A DNA stretch of 64,000 nucleotides from an uncultured Algoriphagus sp. (GCA_965651895.1 CBFGUY010000002.1:2411-66410); one strand, 5' to 3'. Positions 36,884 to 48,375 are shown, counted from the first letter of the stretch. Notes: generated by a model not told the origin, from the letters alone. Translations and numbers: made by a program.

Positions 36884-37942
36884 ATGCGCTGGTACGCTTT
36901 TTTGCTTTATCCTTTTGCTTTATTGTACGGTTTGGTCACCTCTCTTCGAAATTGGTTTTTCGATAGAGGTTGGCTGAAAAGTAGATTATCCCCGATTCCC
37001 TGTATTGTAGTCGGCAACCTGAGCGTAGGGGGGACAGGTAAAACCCCGATGGTGGAGTTCCTGATCCGACATCTAAATCAAGAGAGGCAAGTAGCCACCT
37101 TGAGTAGGGGGTATGGGAGGAAGACCAAAGGTTTTATCAAAGCTTCCTCGAAGACTTCCCCAGAGATGATCGGCGATGAACCGTATCAGATTTATCAGAA
37201 ATTTGGAGAACATATAAATGTATATGTAGGAGAAGACCGGGTGAGCTCATTGGAGAAAATTTCCGGGGATCAGGATTTTCCTGAAGTCGTCATTTTGGAT
37301 GACGCTTTTCAGCATCGCTATGTAACTGGACACTTAAATATTCTTCTGACTACGTTTCAAAGGCCATTTTACTCGGATTTCATCTTACCTGTGGGCAGAT
37401 TGAGAGAGAGTAGGGCTGGCGCAAAAAGAGCAGATCTAATTATCGTCACAAAATGCCCCGAGGAATTAGCTGATTCAGAAAAGAATAGAATAAAAGGCAA
37501 TGTATCAGCTTACAGCAATTCGGCTGCTTCCATGCTTTTTTCCTCAATTTCTTATGGGGAACCATTTCCATTGGTGAAATCAGCAGTGTTTTCAGAACAC
37601 ATTATACTGCTGACCGGCCTGGCAAATGATCAGCCCCTGATAGACTATGTGGGTACTAAGTTTAATTTGCTTCAGGTGTTAAGCTATCCCGACCACCATG
37701 ATTATGACAGGAGTGATTTCGAACACATTAGGACAATGTTTAAGCAACATGGCAGTCAAAATCCCGTTGTGCTAACTACGGAAAAAGATGCTGTGAAAGT
37801 TAAATCCCATGCGCCCAAAGGTTTTCTGGAAGAAATTCCGATTTTTGTGCTACCAATAGAGGTGGTTTTTTCAGATGCTGATAAGCTAACTTTGGTACAA
37901 CTGATCCATCAAAAGGTCTTCAATAAGACAAATTCTAAGTGA
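36884..37942 (+). CDS. lpxK: Tetraacyldisaccharide 4'-kinase
   Basis: VGNLSVGGTGKTP, SRGYGR, GDEP, LDDAFQHR, TTEKD. Real start is ATG 36884 (MRWYAF); the longer track ORF overlaps nif3. Confidence 0.93.
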   Translation: MRWYAFLLYPFALLYGLVTSLRNWFFDRGWLKSRLSPIPCIVVGNLSVGGTGKTPMVEFLIRHLNQERQVATLSRGYGRKTKGFIKASSKTSPEMIGDEPYQIYQKFGEHINVYVGEDRVSSLEKISGDQDFPEVVILDDAFQHRYVTGHLNILLTTFQRPFYSDFILPVGRLRESRAGAKRADLIIVTKCPEELADSEKNRIKGNVSAYSNSAASMLFSSISYGEPFPLVKSAVFSEHIILLTGLANDQPLIDYVGTKFNLLQVLSYPDHHDYDRSDFEHIRTMFKQHGSQNPVVLTTEKDAVKVKSHAPKGFLEEIPIFVLPIEVVFSDADKLTLVQLIHQKVFNKTNSK

Positions 37943-39891
37943 ATAAACGATTACTCTGGTTTATAGTATTACTCAGTATGGCTTGTGGGCAGGCTGCTTT
38001 GGCGCAGCGTACTGTGCCACCACCCCGTCAGAACCAACAAGGGGAGCTAAGTGAGCCGGAAGAAGAAGGCGAGACCACTATAAGGAAATCCCTGCTCGAT
38101 GATAGTACCCGCATGGTATATGGGCCTAAAACAAGTCTTTTCTTTTACGAAAAGGATATTAAGAGAAACAACCTGATTCTATACCCTCAGGATACTGCTT
38201 TGAATAATTTCCACAACTATGAGCCTGTGGCCAAAAGTGGCTGGAAATATCAGGATCTGGGGAATATAGGGAGTGCGGCCAAACCGGTTTTTTATGAGAT
38301 TCCTGATGTGATCGGCACCAGAGCAGGATTCTCTGCTTATGATTTATATTTCCATGCCCCTGAGGATAATAAGTATTTTGATACCAAATCTCCCTTTACC
38401 GAGATGTCGGCTTTTTTTGGTGGAGGACAGCGAAACATGCTGGATATAGCTTTTGCCCGTAATGTAAATCCAAGATGGAATGTGGGGTTTGATTTTCATA
38501 CTATCCGTGCACGTAAGACGCTCAATCCAAATGCCCGAGATGATAATATGACCGTACAGAATTCCTATGCTTTGCATACCAACTACCGCTCCGAAAATGG
38601 GAAGTATTGGTTTTTGGGGAATTTCTCCAGAATGCTACATAAGGTTAATGAAATCGGTGGGATCATTCCTCCAGAGGTGGACAGTACCTCGGTTTATTTT
38701 ACCTACGAAGATGCCAAAGTGTGGCTAAGTAATACGCAAGCAAGTGATCTGCGTCAGGAGTACAGGTTCTATCATGAGTATAGTGTCAGGGATGAGTTAC
38801 AGCTCTATCATATCTTTGACCAAAAGAATAAGCATTTCACCTTATCGGCAGCTTTGACAAGGAGTGATTCACTTTACTATCCTGATACCCGTCTCAACGC
38901 TACTTCAGAAAATACTCAAGGTGATACTACAAGAAACTACAGTGATTTCAAAGAGTGGGGCAATGAAGTAGGCTTTAAGGGGAGTTTTCGGGGCTTTTAT
39001 TATAATGCTCACGCTAAATTCCGTGCGGGAAGGATGCAAAGTACATTTTACCCGGACGGCAGAAAGAACAACTTCAATGAGGTCTATTTAGGGGGAGAGT
39101 TGATAGGAAAAATATCGGAAAAATGGTCCATAAGTGCCGATGGAGAATACCTGATTCCTGGGGCATTCAAACTACATGGTTTATTCATCTCGCCATGGCT
39201 GGAAGTGGATTATACGAAGGCTGTGTACAAACCCACAGCCATGCAGCAGATGTATTATGGGAATTTTTATCAATGGGATAATAGTTTTGATAACATAGGT
39301 GTAGATCAAATGAAGGGAGTATTTAAGATTGATTTCAATAGAATAAAGCTTAGGCCCTCACTGACGATCAACCGAGTGAACAACTATGTGTTTTTTAACA
39401 AAGAAAGGAAAGCGGAGCAATCCTCGGGAGAAGCATTTATGTTGATTCCTGCAGTGAAATCCAGCATGAGAATCGGTCAAAAGTTCCAGTGGGATATGGA
39501 AGTGATTTTTACCCAAATCACAGGTGAATCAAGTGATAACTTTAGGATTCCAAAAATCTATGGAAACACCAGGTTTTACTTTGACAGCCCTATGTTCAAT
39601 GAAAATGTGTATGTGCAGATGGGTATAGATGTAAGGTATCGCTCAGGTTATTACGCTGAGGCCTATTTTGCGGGAACCCAGCAATTTTACCTCCAGAATG
39701 ATTTCAACGTGTATGCCTATCCGGTGGCAGATATTTTTCTGGACTTCAGAATCCATCGTACCCGGGTCTTACTCAAATACAATCACCTCAATAGTGGTTT
39801 GATGAAGGAGGAAGGTTATTTTGTGACACCGGATTACACCGGGTATAAGTCCTTTATTGATCTGGGGATCACCTGGTATTTATTCGATTAA
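37939..39891 (+). CDS. Putative outer-membrane porin (Porin_10-like)
   Basis: Signal peptide; QDLGNIGS, DTKSPFT; beta-strand pattern; C-terminal GITWYLFD; GTG start overlapping the lpxK stop. Confidence 0.8.
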   Translation: MNKRLLWFIVLLSMACGQAALAQRTVPPPRQNQQGELSEPEEEGETTIRKSLLDDSTRMVYGPKTSLFFYEKDIKRNNLILYPQDTALNNFHNYEPVAKSGWKYQDLGNIGSAAKPVFYEIPDVIGTRAGFSAYDLYFHAPEDNKYFDTKSPFTEMSAFFGGGQRNMLDIAFARNVNPRWNVGFDFHTIRARKTLNPNARDDNMTVQNSYALHTNYRSENGKYWFLGNFSRMLHKVNEIGGIIPPEVDSTSVYFTYEDAKVWLSNTQASDLRQEYRFYHEYSVRDELQLYHIFDQKNKHFTLSAALTRSDSLYYPDTRLNATSENTQGDTTRNYSDFKEWGNEVGFKGSFRGFYYNAHAKFRAGRMQSTFYPDGRKNNFNEVYLGGELIGKISEKWSISADGEYLIPGAFKLHGLFISPWLEVDYTKAVYKPTAMQQMYYGNFYQWDNSFDNIGVDQMKGVFKIDFNRIKLRPSLTINRVNNYVFFNKERKAEQSSGEAFMLIPAVKSSMRIGQKFQWDMEVIFTQITGESSDNFRIPKIYGNTRFYFDSPMFNENVYVQMGIDVRYRSGYYAEAYFAGTQQFYLQNDFNVYAYPVADIFLDFRIHRTRVLLKYNHLNSGLMKEEGYFVTPDYTGYKSFIDLGITWYLFD

Positions 39892-40505
39892 TGATGAGTT
39901 GGGAGGAAAGCACAAGGCAGAAAATGCTGCATTTGAAACTGCCCACTGACCCTAGGTGGGTTCGTATTGCGGAGATGCAATTGGAAGATATATTGACGGA
40001 TCATGCATACTGTGAGCAGAAAGCCGCCTCATCTTGCATCAGTCTGATCCTGAGATTTAATGATTTGAATGAATTGGTGGACACTCTGACTCCTATAGTA
40101 GCTGAAGAATGGGGGCATTTTGAGCGGGTGTTGGAGCAAATACGGAAGAGAAATCTAAAGTTTGGGTTTCCACGCAAAGATGAGTACGTCATTCAGCTAG
40201 CTGATTTTGTAAAAAAAGGTGGCAGTAGAATGCAGCAACTTACTGAACAGCTGCTGATGAACGCCCTGATAGAAGCTAGAAGCTGTGAGCGATTTAAGTT
40301 ACTATCTGCTAATCTGGAAGATCCTGAGCTGCAGAAGTTCTATTATGAGCTTATGATATCAGAGGCTGGACATTATGTGACTTTTATTGAGCTGGCAAGA
40401 AAGTACCAGAATGCTGGCCTGGTAAATCAAAGGTGGCAGGAATGGCTGGCGTTTGAGGCTGAGGTACTGAGCAATTTGGGGGTGCGTGGAGATAGGATGC
40501 ATTGA
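39891..40505 (+). CDS. miaE: tRNA-(ms2io6A)-hydroxylase, MiaE family
   Basis: DHAYCEQKAA, EEWGHF, LIEARSCERF, SEAGHY di-iron ligands. Confidence 0.88.
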   Translation: MMSWEESTRQKMLHLKLPTDPRWVRIAEMQLEDILTDHAYCEQKAASSCISLILRFNDLNELVDTLTPIVAEEWGHFERVLEQIRKRNLKFGFPRKDEYVIQLADFVKKGGSRMQQLTEQLLMNALIEARSCERFKLLSANLEDPELQKFYYELMISEAGHYVTFIELARKYQNAGLVNQRWQEWLAFEAEVLSNLGVRGDRMH

Positions 40506-40611
40506 AACCTGGTTAAATTATCTATACAACTAGTCATTTCACAAGTAATTATTTATACTTGAGTAGTATAGGCGTATTATCGCCATAAATCCGTTCCATT
40601 ACGAACACACT

Positions 40612-41856
40612 ATGAATCTGATCGAAAACGTACGAGAAGCTGTACGATCCATAAAAGTTAACCTGTTACGAACAATCTTGACAGGAGCCATCATAGCTAT
40701 AGGTATATCCTCTCTAGTAGGGATGCTGACGGCCATAGATGGGATTAAGACCCAAATTGCTGATAGTTTTTCCGGATTGGGGGCGAATTCTTTTGATATC
40801 AGAAACAAAGGTTTCAGTGGGGGAAGGGCAATTCAGGACGGTAAAACCGAGAAGTCTTACCCGAAATTAACCTACCGGGAAGTGATGAGTTTCAAGGAAA
40901 AGTATAACAGCGTTGGGATTTCTACGGTGTTTGTTTCAGTCACTGGAGCCGCAGAAATCAAGCGTGGGTCAAAGACCACTAATCCAAATGTGAGAGTGCG
41001 GGGCGGTGATGAAAACTACTTAAGTATCAAAGCTATGAAGCTTGAGACTGGGCGTAATTTCACTAGCATGGAGATCCAGAATGGATATAACGTATGTATC
41101 ATTGGTAAGGAACTCAGTACTACACTTTTTGAAGGGAACGAAGATCCATTAAACCAAAAAATCACAATCCTTGGACGTCCCTACACTATTGTGGGAGTGC
41201 TGGAGAAGCAAGGTGGAGTAGGACAGGATTCTGGAGCAGACAGGCAGATTTTGCTTCCTATCCAAAATGCCAGTCGTCTGGATAAATCCGGCAATTTCAA
41301 CTATAACATCACAGGAGTGGCCTCTGGCCCTGAGCGGATAGATTATGAAATGGGACAAGCCGTAGGTATGATGAGGGAGATCCGTCAAGATCGGGTGGCG
41401 CAGGAAGATTCATTTGATTTGACAAAAAGCCAATCAGTGGCCGAAAGTCTGGAGGAAGTGGCAGGGTATCTGCGTATGGGTGGTTTTGGGATCGGTTTTA
41501 TAACCTTATTGGGAGCTTCGATAGGGCTGATGAATATCATGCTTGTATCTGTGACTGAGCGAACCAGGGAAATAGGCATCAGAAAAGCTCTTGGAGCTAC
41601 ACCTCTGAGAATCAGGCAACAATTTCTTCTGGAGGCCATTATGATCTGCATCTTGGGTGGTGCTATGGGCGTATTATTAGGCATTTCCATCGGGAATGTG
41701 ATCGCACTCGTGATCGGAGTGGGAGGATTCCTTATTCCTTGGCTTTGGATGTTTGTGGCATTTTTGATTTGTATTTTAGTGGGCTTGATGTCAGGGTATT
41801 TCCCGGCTTTCAAAGCTTCAAAACTGGATCCTATCGAATCTTTGAGATACGAGTAA
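40612..41856 (+). CDS. ABC transporter permease (MacB/FtsX family)
   Basis: [40 protein letters not shown]. Confidence 0.93.
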   Translation: MNLIENVREAVRSIKVNLLRTILTGAIIAIGISSLVGMLTAIDGIKTQIADSFSGLGANSFDIRNKGFSGGRAIQDGKTEKSYPKLTYREVMSFKEKYNSVGISTVFVSVTGAAEIKRGSKTTNPNVRVRGGDENYLSIKAMKLETGRNFTSMEIQNGYNVCIIGKELSTTLFEGNEDPLNQKITILGRPYTIVGVLEKQGGVGQDSGADRQILLPIQNASRLDKSGNFNYNITGVASGPERIDYEMGQAVGMMREIRQDRVAQEDSFDLTKSQSVAESLEEVAGYLRMGGFGIGFITLLGASIGLMNIMLVSVTERTREIGIRKALGATPLRIRQQFLLEAIMICILGGAMGVLLGISIGNVIALVIGVGGFLIPWLWMFVAFLICILVGLMSGYFPAFKASKLDPIESLRYE

Positions 41857-42297
41857 TATCAAATATCTCTGGAGAAATATTGTTTTTAAGATGCTATCAA
41901 CATGAGAGTTGGGATGCGGTAGATATGACTGAACCAATAGCTAAACTTTTCATTTAAATCCAACAACTGCCCTTTTCTCAGATTTGGAGAAAGGGGAGTC
42001 CTGTCTCTGTAGACCCAAAGCTTTTAAGCTGGTATCTTCCGAATTTCATGAAGCTGTAAAATTTCACGGACAGCTATGTGGATATCCATAAATTTTTATT
42101 GAAAAAACTAACCTGGCTATAAGACTATCTGTTAAGGTGGAAATCCATGGAAGATTGAAAATCCAGGACTTCGATTTCGGCATTTTTTGTGGATTGATTA
42201 TAGAAAGTCTCTGTATATCCATGTGAGAACTAAGGTTTATAATCTGGACGGCAGATGACTCAAAAGCCTCATTATTTAACCCTAAACCATAGAAATC

Positions 42298-42546
42298 ATG
42301 ACTAAAGACCATGGTCCACAGATCAAAAATGATGAAAAATACGAAGCTCTGCGCAGAGAAGGTATGAGCAAAACCAAGGCCGCCCGTATTGCAAATACTC
42401 CCGATTCGGGCAAAAAAGGTGGCAATGCCGAAAAGTACGAAGATAGATCCAAACAGGAATTGTATGATAAAGCCAAACAGGTAGGAATAGAAGGTAGAAG
42501 TAAAATGACCAAGGAAGAATTGATCTCTGCACTTCGCAATTCCTAA
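42298..42546 (+). CDS. Small protein with a Rho-termination-factor N-terminal (SAP/HeH-like) domain, general-stress type
   Basis: QIKNDEKYEALRREGMSKTKAARIAN, then KQELYDKAKQVGIEGRSKMTKEELISAL. Confidence 0.85.
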   Translation: MTKDHGPQIKNDEKYEALRREGMSKTKAARIANTPDSGKKGGNAEKYEDRSKQELYDKAKQVGIEGRSKMTKEELISALRNS

Positions 42547-42579
42547 GTTAGAATACACTTAAACTAAACCACTCAAACC

Positions 42580-43428
42580 ATGAAAAAACCAACTGAATTT
42601 AAAGGCCAAAGCCAATCGCTACCCGGCCAGCAAAGTAAAATGCAACCTGTTCCTGAAGTGATCCGAAAAGGGTATAAAGGAAGCGGGAAACTTAAAAATA
42701 AAATTGCTTTAATCACGGGTGGTGACAGCGGGATTGGTAAAAGTGTGGCCGTTCACTATGCCAGGGAAGGGGCAGATGTTGCTATCATCTATCTAAGTGA
42801 GGATAAAGATGCTCAAGACACCAAGAAATTAGTAGAAAAGGAAGGGAGAAAGTGCCTGCTCATCGCGGGGGATCTTAAGTCAGAAAGCTTTTGCAAAAAA
42901 GCATTGAAACAATGTGTGGATGAACTAGGTGGGATTAACATATTAGTAAATAACGCCGCAGTGCAATTCCCAAAGAATAAGCTCACCTCCATCACTACGA
43001 AGCAGCTTCATGAAACATTTGAAACCAATATTTTTGCTTATTTCCATTTAGCAAAGTTGGCAATACCGCACTTAAAGGCAGGGGACGTCATCATCAATAC
43101 AAGTTCAGTAACCACTTATCGGGGAAGCGAGCATCTGGTGGATTATGCCAGTACCAAAGGGGCAATTGTAGGGTTTACCCGATCCTTGGCGTTGATGCTT
43201 GCCAAAGACAAAATCCGGGTAAACGGTGTCGCTCCTGGGCCCATTTGGACGCCACTCATCCCGGCTACTTTTGATGATGTCACCGATTTCGGACAGGATA
43301 CGGCATTGGGCAGGGCAGGGCAACCTAGTGAAGTGGCACCGGCGTATGTTTTCCTGGCAAGTGAGGATAGCTCATATATAATAGGACAGTTTATTCATGT
43401 AAATGGAGGAGAAATCGTAGGTGGATAG
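42580..43428 (+). CDS. SDR oxidoreductase, general stress protein 39 (YdaD/YhdF-like)
   Basis: PGQQSKMQPVP N-terminus, TGGDSGIG, YASTKGA, GRAGQPSEVAPAYVFLAS. Confidence 0.9.
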   Translation: MKKPTEFKGQSQSLPGQQSKMQPVPEVIRKGYKGSGKLKNKIALITGGDSGIGKSVAVHYAREGADVAIIYLSEDKDAQDTKKLVEKEGRKCLLIAGDLKSESFCKKALKQCVDELGGINILVNNAAVQFPKNKLTSITTKQLHETFETNIFAYFHLAKLAIPHLKAGDVIINTSSVTTYRGSEHLVDYASTKGAIVGFTRSLALMLAKDKIRVNGVAPGPIWTPLIPATFDDVTDFGQDTALGRAGQPSEVAPAYVFLASEDSSYIIGQFIHVNGGEIVGG

Positions 43429-43829
43429 AATAGGGTTTATTGCTTCCCTCTACTTGGGAATGTCAATAAACCACTGGGGATAGTATTTTTCATGCTCTGG
43501 AATTCTATAGGATTCAATGAAAAATCTCTCTTCTGTTATTAAAACAATATCCGTATGCATGCGCAGGTACGGGAACCGGCAATAATCTATGGTAAAAAAT
43601 ATTGCTCTATAAAATAATACGGGGCATAGTGAGGATATTGCTCCTCATTCTGCTGCTTGTGGCAGCTAGAGGCATATATTATTTTATATGAATTGGATGG
43701 CTTCAGGCTTTAAAATGCCTATTTAAGCCTATATAGGCATATTTTGCGTATTGAGCAATCTACTGGAATAGTAGTTGGTTTCGACTTGAACACACTTATC
43801 CACAATTGTTTCATTTTGACCAGCCAACT

Positions 43830-46800
43830 ATGAAGAAGATTTCAAATTTAATTTTCCTAGCCTGTGTCTCTCTGGGTTTATCTTTAGAGACGATGGCAAG
43901 AAATAGTCCAGTGGACTATCTCCAAGATACCTTACCTGTGACGGACACGATTCCACCTCCATCAGCTGCTTCCGCAGAGAGGGCAGTTTCCGGTACGATC
44001 AGCGATTCTGATGGGAATTCTCTTCCCGGAGCTACTGTTCAGATTAAAGGGACAGATATTGGTGTGATTTCCGATGATTCTGGAAAATATACTATTGAAA
44101 TACCAGCAGACCAAAATGATGTCGTGCTGGTATTTTCATTTTTAGGGTTTCAGCCTAAAGAAGTGAATTTAGGAAATCAGACAACTATAGACGTTACACT
44201 GGATAGTGATGATAAGGAACTGGATGAAGTAGTAGTAATAGGGTATGGTTCTGCGAGAAGATCAGATCTCACTGGTTCCGTAGCTCAGGTAAATACAGAT
44301 GAGTTGAATGCTTTTCCCACCTCGAATGTCCTACAGGCTCTCAACGGACGGGCTCCTGGCGTACAGGTGATCCAGAACAACGGTGCTCCGGGCGGGGGAG
44401 TTTCTGTGCGTATCCGTGGAGCTAATTCTATTCAGGGCGATAATGATCCTCTTTATGTTATAGATGGGTTTCCGTTTTCGGGAAACCCTACCAATCTGAA
44501 TAACGCAGACATCGCAAGTATAGAGGTGCTCAAGGATGCTTCAGCTACAGCTATATACGGGTCCAGAGGAGCAAATGGTGTGGTCCTGATTACTACCAAA
44601 AGTGGAAGTGGAGCAGGCACAGTCGTGGAATTCGATGCCGCTTATAGTGTCCAGAGTCTCCGAAAGAAGCTAAACCTGATGAATGGAACCCAGTATGCCC
44701 AATTGATAAATATCCAAGCCGCCAACGACGGTTTACAGCCTTATTTTACAGATGCGGAAGTCAATAGTTTTGGAGAGGGAACTGACTGGCAAGATCAAGT
44801 TTTTCAGCAAGCTCCTATCAAAAATACTTCAGTGAGTGTTTCCGGTGGAGGTGAAAACACCCAGTTTTTAGTAGGAGGAAGTGTGTTTCAACAAGACGGT
44901 ATCATCAAGGGTTCTGATTATGACAGATACTCGCTCCGTACCAATGTCAATCACAAGATCAGCGATAAATTCAAAGTGGATTTTAACAGTACACTCAGCA
45001 AATTGGTTACCGCTAGAAGGGATAGCGAAGGAGGTTCCAGAGGAGCTAGCATGATCGGTGCTGCACTGGTAGCTTCACCTCTATCAGATCCCTATTTACC
45101 GGATGGAACTATCAACCATCTTGCGGATGACTTTCCTTTTGTATCCCCTGATTTGGTCAACCCGCTGTATTTTATCAACGAGCAGTCGACTGTGATTACG
45201 GCAAATGTAGTGCTGGCAAATGCCGCCGTCAGTTATAATCCTATTCCTGAGGTTACCATTAAAATTTCCGGAGGGATAGAAAACCGAGACGATAGAACGG
45301 ATAATTACCGAAGTAGAAACTTCATTAACAGTAATGGAAATGCGAGTATAACCACTAGCCAGTACATAAGTCGGCTGAACGAAAACACCATCACCTATGC
45401 TGATGTTTTCAACGAAAAACATGACCTGAATGTAATAGCAGGATTTACCTACCAAGATTTCACTACCAAATTTCTGGCAGGAAGTGGGGCAGGATTTCTA
45501 AGTGATCTTTATGAAACTGATAATCTGGGGGCAGCAGAAATTCCAGGAATTCCAACTTCAGGCTATTCCAATTCAGTCTTATTGAGTTATTTGGGAAGGG
45601 TGAATTATGGCTTTGATAATAAATACCTTTTTACAGCATCTTTTCGGGCAGATGGTTCATCCAGGTATAGTGAAGGCAATCAATGGGGCTATTTTCCTTC
45701 TGGTGCCATCGCATGGAAACTAACTGAAGAGGAATTTATGAAGGGGCAGGAGCTGATTTCGACCATGAAAGTCCGGACAAGCTGGGGACTTACTGGTTCT
45801 CAGGCAATAGATCCATATTCTACTCTCAATAGACTTTTTCCGGGCTACACTGTGTTTGGGGATGAATTATTTAATTTTCTAGCTCCAGGATCCACGCTTC
45901 CCGGAGACTTGAAGTGGGAGACTACTGAGCAGTTTGACGTGGGTTTAGATATGGGACTCTGGGGAGATAAAGTGGTGCTGGGAGCGGATTATTATCTGAA
46001 GACCACCAAGGATCTACTAAGCACAGTACGGCTTCCAAGTTCATTTGGATATACTACCACTATTGATAATGTAGGCTCTATTGAGAATAGGGGAGTGGAA
46101 TTAAGCTTATTCGCACAAGTGTTAAGCTCAGACTTCCGCTGGAGTTTGGATGGAAATATTTCCTTCAACCGTAACAAGGTGTTAAGTCTAAATGACGGAC
46201 AACCAATCCTTACCAATTTCATTAATGTGATCACCGTGTCTGATAACTTCTCTATTATGGAAGAAGGGAGACCTCTTGGCCAGTTTTGGGGATATCAGGA
46301 AGATGGCTATACTGAAACTGGCGCTATCAGATTTAAAGACTTGAATAATGACGGTGAGATCAATGAGGCAGATAAGACCTACATAGGTGATCCTAACCCA
46401 GACTTCTTCTATGGATTCAATTCCAATATGAGCTACAAAGGATTCCAACTGGAACTTTTCTTCCAGGGAAGCAAAGGCAACGATATCATGAATGTGAGTG
46501 CGATCTCAAGTACTATGGATTATGGGCAGGGACTGAATATGCCTGAAGATGTGCTGCTGGATCACTGGACTCCTCAAAACACGGATGCAAAATATCCAAG
46601 AATAAGCAGAAGTACCACTGCCAGAGTATCTGATAGATTTGTTGAAGATGGTTCCTACTTAAGGTTGAGAAATGTGCTATTGGCCTATAATTTTCCTCTA
46701 AAGAATTCACAGGGTAAATTTCTCAAAAGCCTGAGGCTATACGCAAGTGGACAGAATCTGCTGACATTCACTAAATATTCCTGGTGGGATCCTGAAGTCA

Positions 46801-46892
46801 ACAGTAAGGGTGCGGATAATAGAATGGGAATTGACCACTTCGGCTATCCGATTCCAAAGTCTTATACTATAGGTCTAAATGCCACTTTTTAA
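43830..46892 (+). CDS. SusC/RagA family TonB-dependent transporter
   Basis: CarboxypepD_reg-like N-domain; LDEVVVIGYG; IEVLKDASATAIYGSRGANGVVLITTK; C-terminal GLNATF. Confidence 0.95.
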   Translation: MKKISNLIFLACVSLGLSLETMARNSPVDYLQDTLPVTDTIPPPSAASAERAVSGTISDSDGNSLPGATVQIKGTDIGVISDDSGKYTIEIPADQNDVVLVFSFLGFQPKEVNLGNQTTIDVTLDSDDKELDEVVVIGYGSARRSDLTGSVAQVNTDELNAFPTSNVLQALNGRAPGVQVIQNNGAPGGGVSVRIRGANSIQGDNDPLYVIDGFPFSGNPTNLNNADIASIEVLKDASATAIYGSRGANGVVLITTKSGSGAGTVVEFDAAYSVQSLRKKLNLMNGTQYAQLINIQAANDGLQPYFTDAEVNSFGEGTDWQDQVFQQAPIKNTSVSVSGGGENTQFLVGGSVFQQDGIIKGSDYDRYSLRTNVNHKISDKFKVDFNSTLSKLVTARRDSEGGSRGASMIGAALVASPLSDPYLPDGTINHLADDFPFVSPDLVNPLYFINEQSTVITANVVLANAAVSYNPIPEVTIKISGGIENRDDRTDNYRSRNFINSNGNASITTSQYISRLNENTITYADVFNEKHDLNVIAGFTYQDFTTKFLAGSGAGFLSDLYETDNLGAAEIPGIPTSGYSNSVLLSYLGRVNYGFDNKYLFTASFRADGSSRYSEGNQWGYFPSGAIAWKLTEEEFMKGQELISTMKVRTSWGLTGSQAIDPYSTLNRLFPGYTVFGDELFNFLAPGSTLPGDLKWETTEQFDVGLDMGLWGDKVVLGADYYLKTTKDLLSTVRLPSSFGYTTTIDNVGSIENRGVELSLFAQVLSSDFRWSLDGNISFNRNKVLSLNDGQPILTNFINVITVSDNFSIMEEGRPLGQFWGYQEDGYTETGAIRFKDLNNDGEINEADKTYIGDPNPDFFYGFNSNMSYKGFQLELFFQGSKGNDIMNVSAISSTMDYGQGLNMPEDVLLDHWTPQNTDAKYPRISRSTTARVSDRFVEDGSYLRLRNVLLAYNFPLKNSQGKFLKSLRLYASGQNLLTFTKYSWWDPEVNSKGADNRMGIDHFGYPIPKSYTIGLNATF

Positions 46893-46910
46893 CTCTCAAA
46901 ATACTAAGCT

Positions 46911-48368
46911 ATGAAAACGCTGAAAAGATTATTAGATTCCAAATTCCTGATGGCCTCCTTATTGGTTTTAGGAGGTTTCACGAGCTCATGCAGTGATTTG
47001 CTGAAGGAAGAGCCCAAAACCATCGTATCAGAGAATTTCTACCAGAATAAATCTGACTTTGATGCAGCCACTAATGCAATATACTTTCCGCTCAGGATGG
47101 TAAGGTCAGAGCAGGTGGCCGTGCTCAGTGCCCATACCGATTGGGGGTATGGCAGAGGAAGCCGGGCGCAGTACAATGATTTTGAGGGTTTTAATCCTAC
47201 CAATATCAATGCTGCAGCCAGTCGCTGGAACAGCTTATATCAGGGAATTAGAAATGCCAATCTGGTTATTGAGAAAGCTCCACTCAGTGAGGTTCTCACA
47301 GATGATGAGAGGAACAGCTATTTAGCTGAGGCTAAATTTCTCAGAGCGCTGACCTACTTTGATTTGGTCAGAAACTGGGGAGGAGTTCCACTTCGCACAG
47401 CAGATAATATTGATCAGAAAGACGTGCCTAAAAGCAGTGAGGAAGAAGTTTATGATCTGATACTTGGTGATTTAGCAGATGCAGAAATGTATCTTCCGGC
47501 TACTGCTGCTGTATCTGGACGGCCTACAGTATGGTCAGCAAAAACCTTGTTGGCTGATGTCTATCTTCAGCTGGAAGATTATGAAATGGCCAGAACTAAA
47601 GCTCAGGAAGTCATCGATGCGGGTGAATATCAACTGGTGCAGATTTCTTCCGTTGAGGATATCAGGCAAAAGATTTTTGGAGCGAGTCTGATCACTTCGA
47701 GTGAGGAAATCTTTGCTTTTAAATTCACTAGGCAGAGTGGACAGGGCAACGGTCTCCCCTGGATTCTAAATCATCCTAGTACAGGTTTGTACAATTTTGG
47801 CGGGGCTTATGCCCATTACGGAGACGCTACTAATCCTTTTTACAAAGAATGGGAAGATGGCGATCTGCGCAAAGAACTTTGGCAGATTGTGGATTTTGGA
47901 TTGGGAGATTCTACGATTGTGAATGGGAAATATGCTGAGTCTGAAGCTGTGGATAATACTGCCGCAGGCAATGATCTACCCATATACCGCTACTCAGAGC
48001 TGCTGTTAATTTACGCAGAGGCTTCTGCCAGAGTGGAAGGACTGACTGAAGGGAATCTATCGGCAGTCAATCAGGTTAGACGGAGAGCATTTGGCTATGA
48101 TCCTATGGTCGAGTCAGAAAGGGATTATGAAATGGACGGGCTCACACTAGAAGGGTTTTTAGATATTGTCTTACAAGAGAAAGCCTACGAAACCCAATTT
48201 GAAGGTAAGCGATGGTTGGATCTGAAGAGAACCGGAAGAGCAGAAGAATTTATTATGAAAAATAAAGGGCTTTCTATTGCCGAAAAGCATTATTTATGGC
48301 CCATTCCATTGGATGAACTAAACTTTAATGAGGCAATGAGTCCGGCCGATCAAAATCCTGGATACTAG
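46911..48368 (+). CDS. SusD/RagB family surface lipoprotein
   Basis: Lipobox SSC; EAKFLRALTYFDLVRNWGGVP; RYSELLLIYAEA; EGKRWLDLKR. Confidence 0.95.
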   Translation: MKTLKRLLDSKFLMASLLVLGGFTSSCSDLLKEEPKTIVSENFYQNKSDFDAATNAIYFPLRMVRSEQVAVLSAHTDWGYGRGSRAQYNDFEGFNPTNINAAASRWNSLYQGIRNANLVIEKAPLSEVLTDDERNSYLAEAKFLRALTYFDLVRNWGGVPLRTADNIDQKDVPKSSEEEVYDLILGDLADAEMYLPATAAVSGRPTVWSAKTLLADVYLQLEDYEMARTKAQEVIDAGEYQLVQISSVEDIRQKIFGASLITSSEEIFAFKFTRQSGQGNGLPWILNHPSTGLYNFGGAYAHYGDATNPFYKEWEDGDLRKELWQIVDFGLGDSTIVNGKYAESEAVDNTAAGNDLPIYRYSELLLIYAEASARVEGLTEGNLSAVNQVRRRAFGYDPMVESERDYEMDGLTLEGFLDIVLQEKAYETQFEGKRWLDLKRTGRAEEFIMKNKGLSIAEKHYLWPIPLDELNFNEAMSPADQNPGY

Positions 48369-48375
48369 ATAAAAT

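Noticed and set aside
41857-42297. Possible decayed gene in the 440-bp gap, and the 164-aa minus-strand ORF 42064-42558
   Set aside because: The long ORF is the antisense shadow of the Rho_N gene, and the remaining fragments show no recognisable motif.
43429-43829. Riboswitch upstream of susC (several small hairpins and AGGCAT/ATGCCT palindromes)
   Set aside because: No TPP, cobalamin, SAM or FMN consensus elements are visible, and the hairpins are short.
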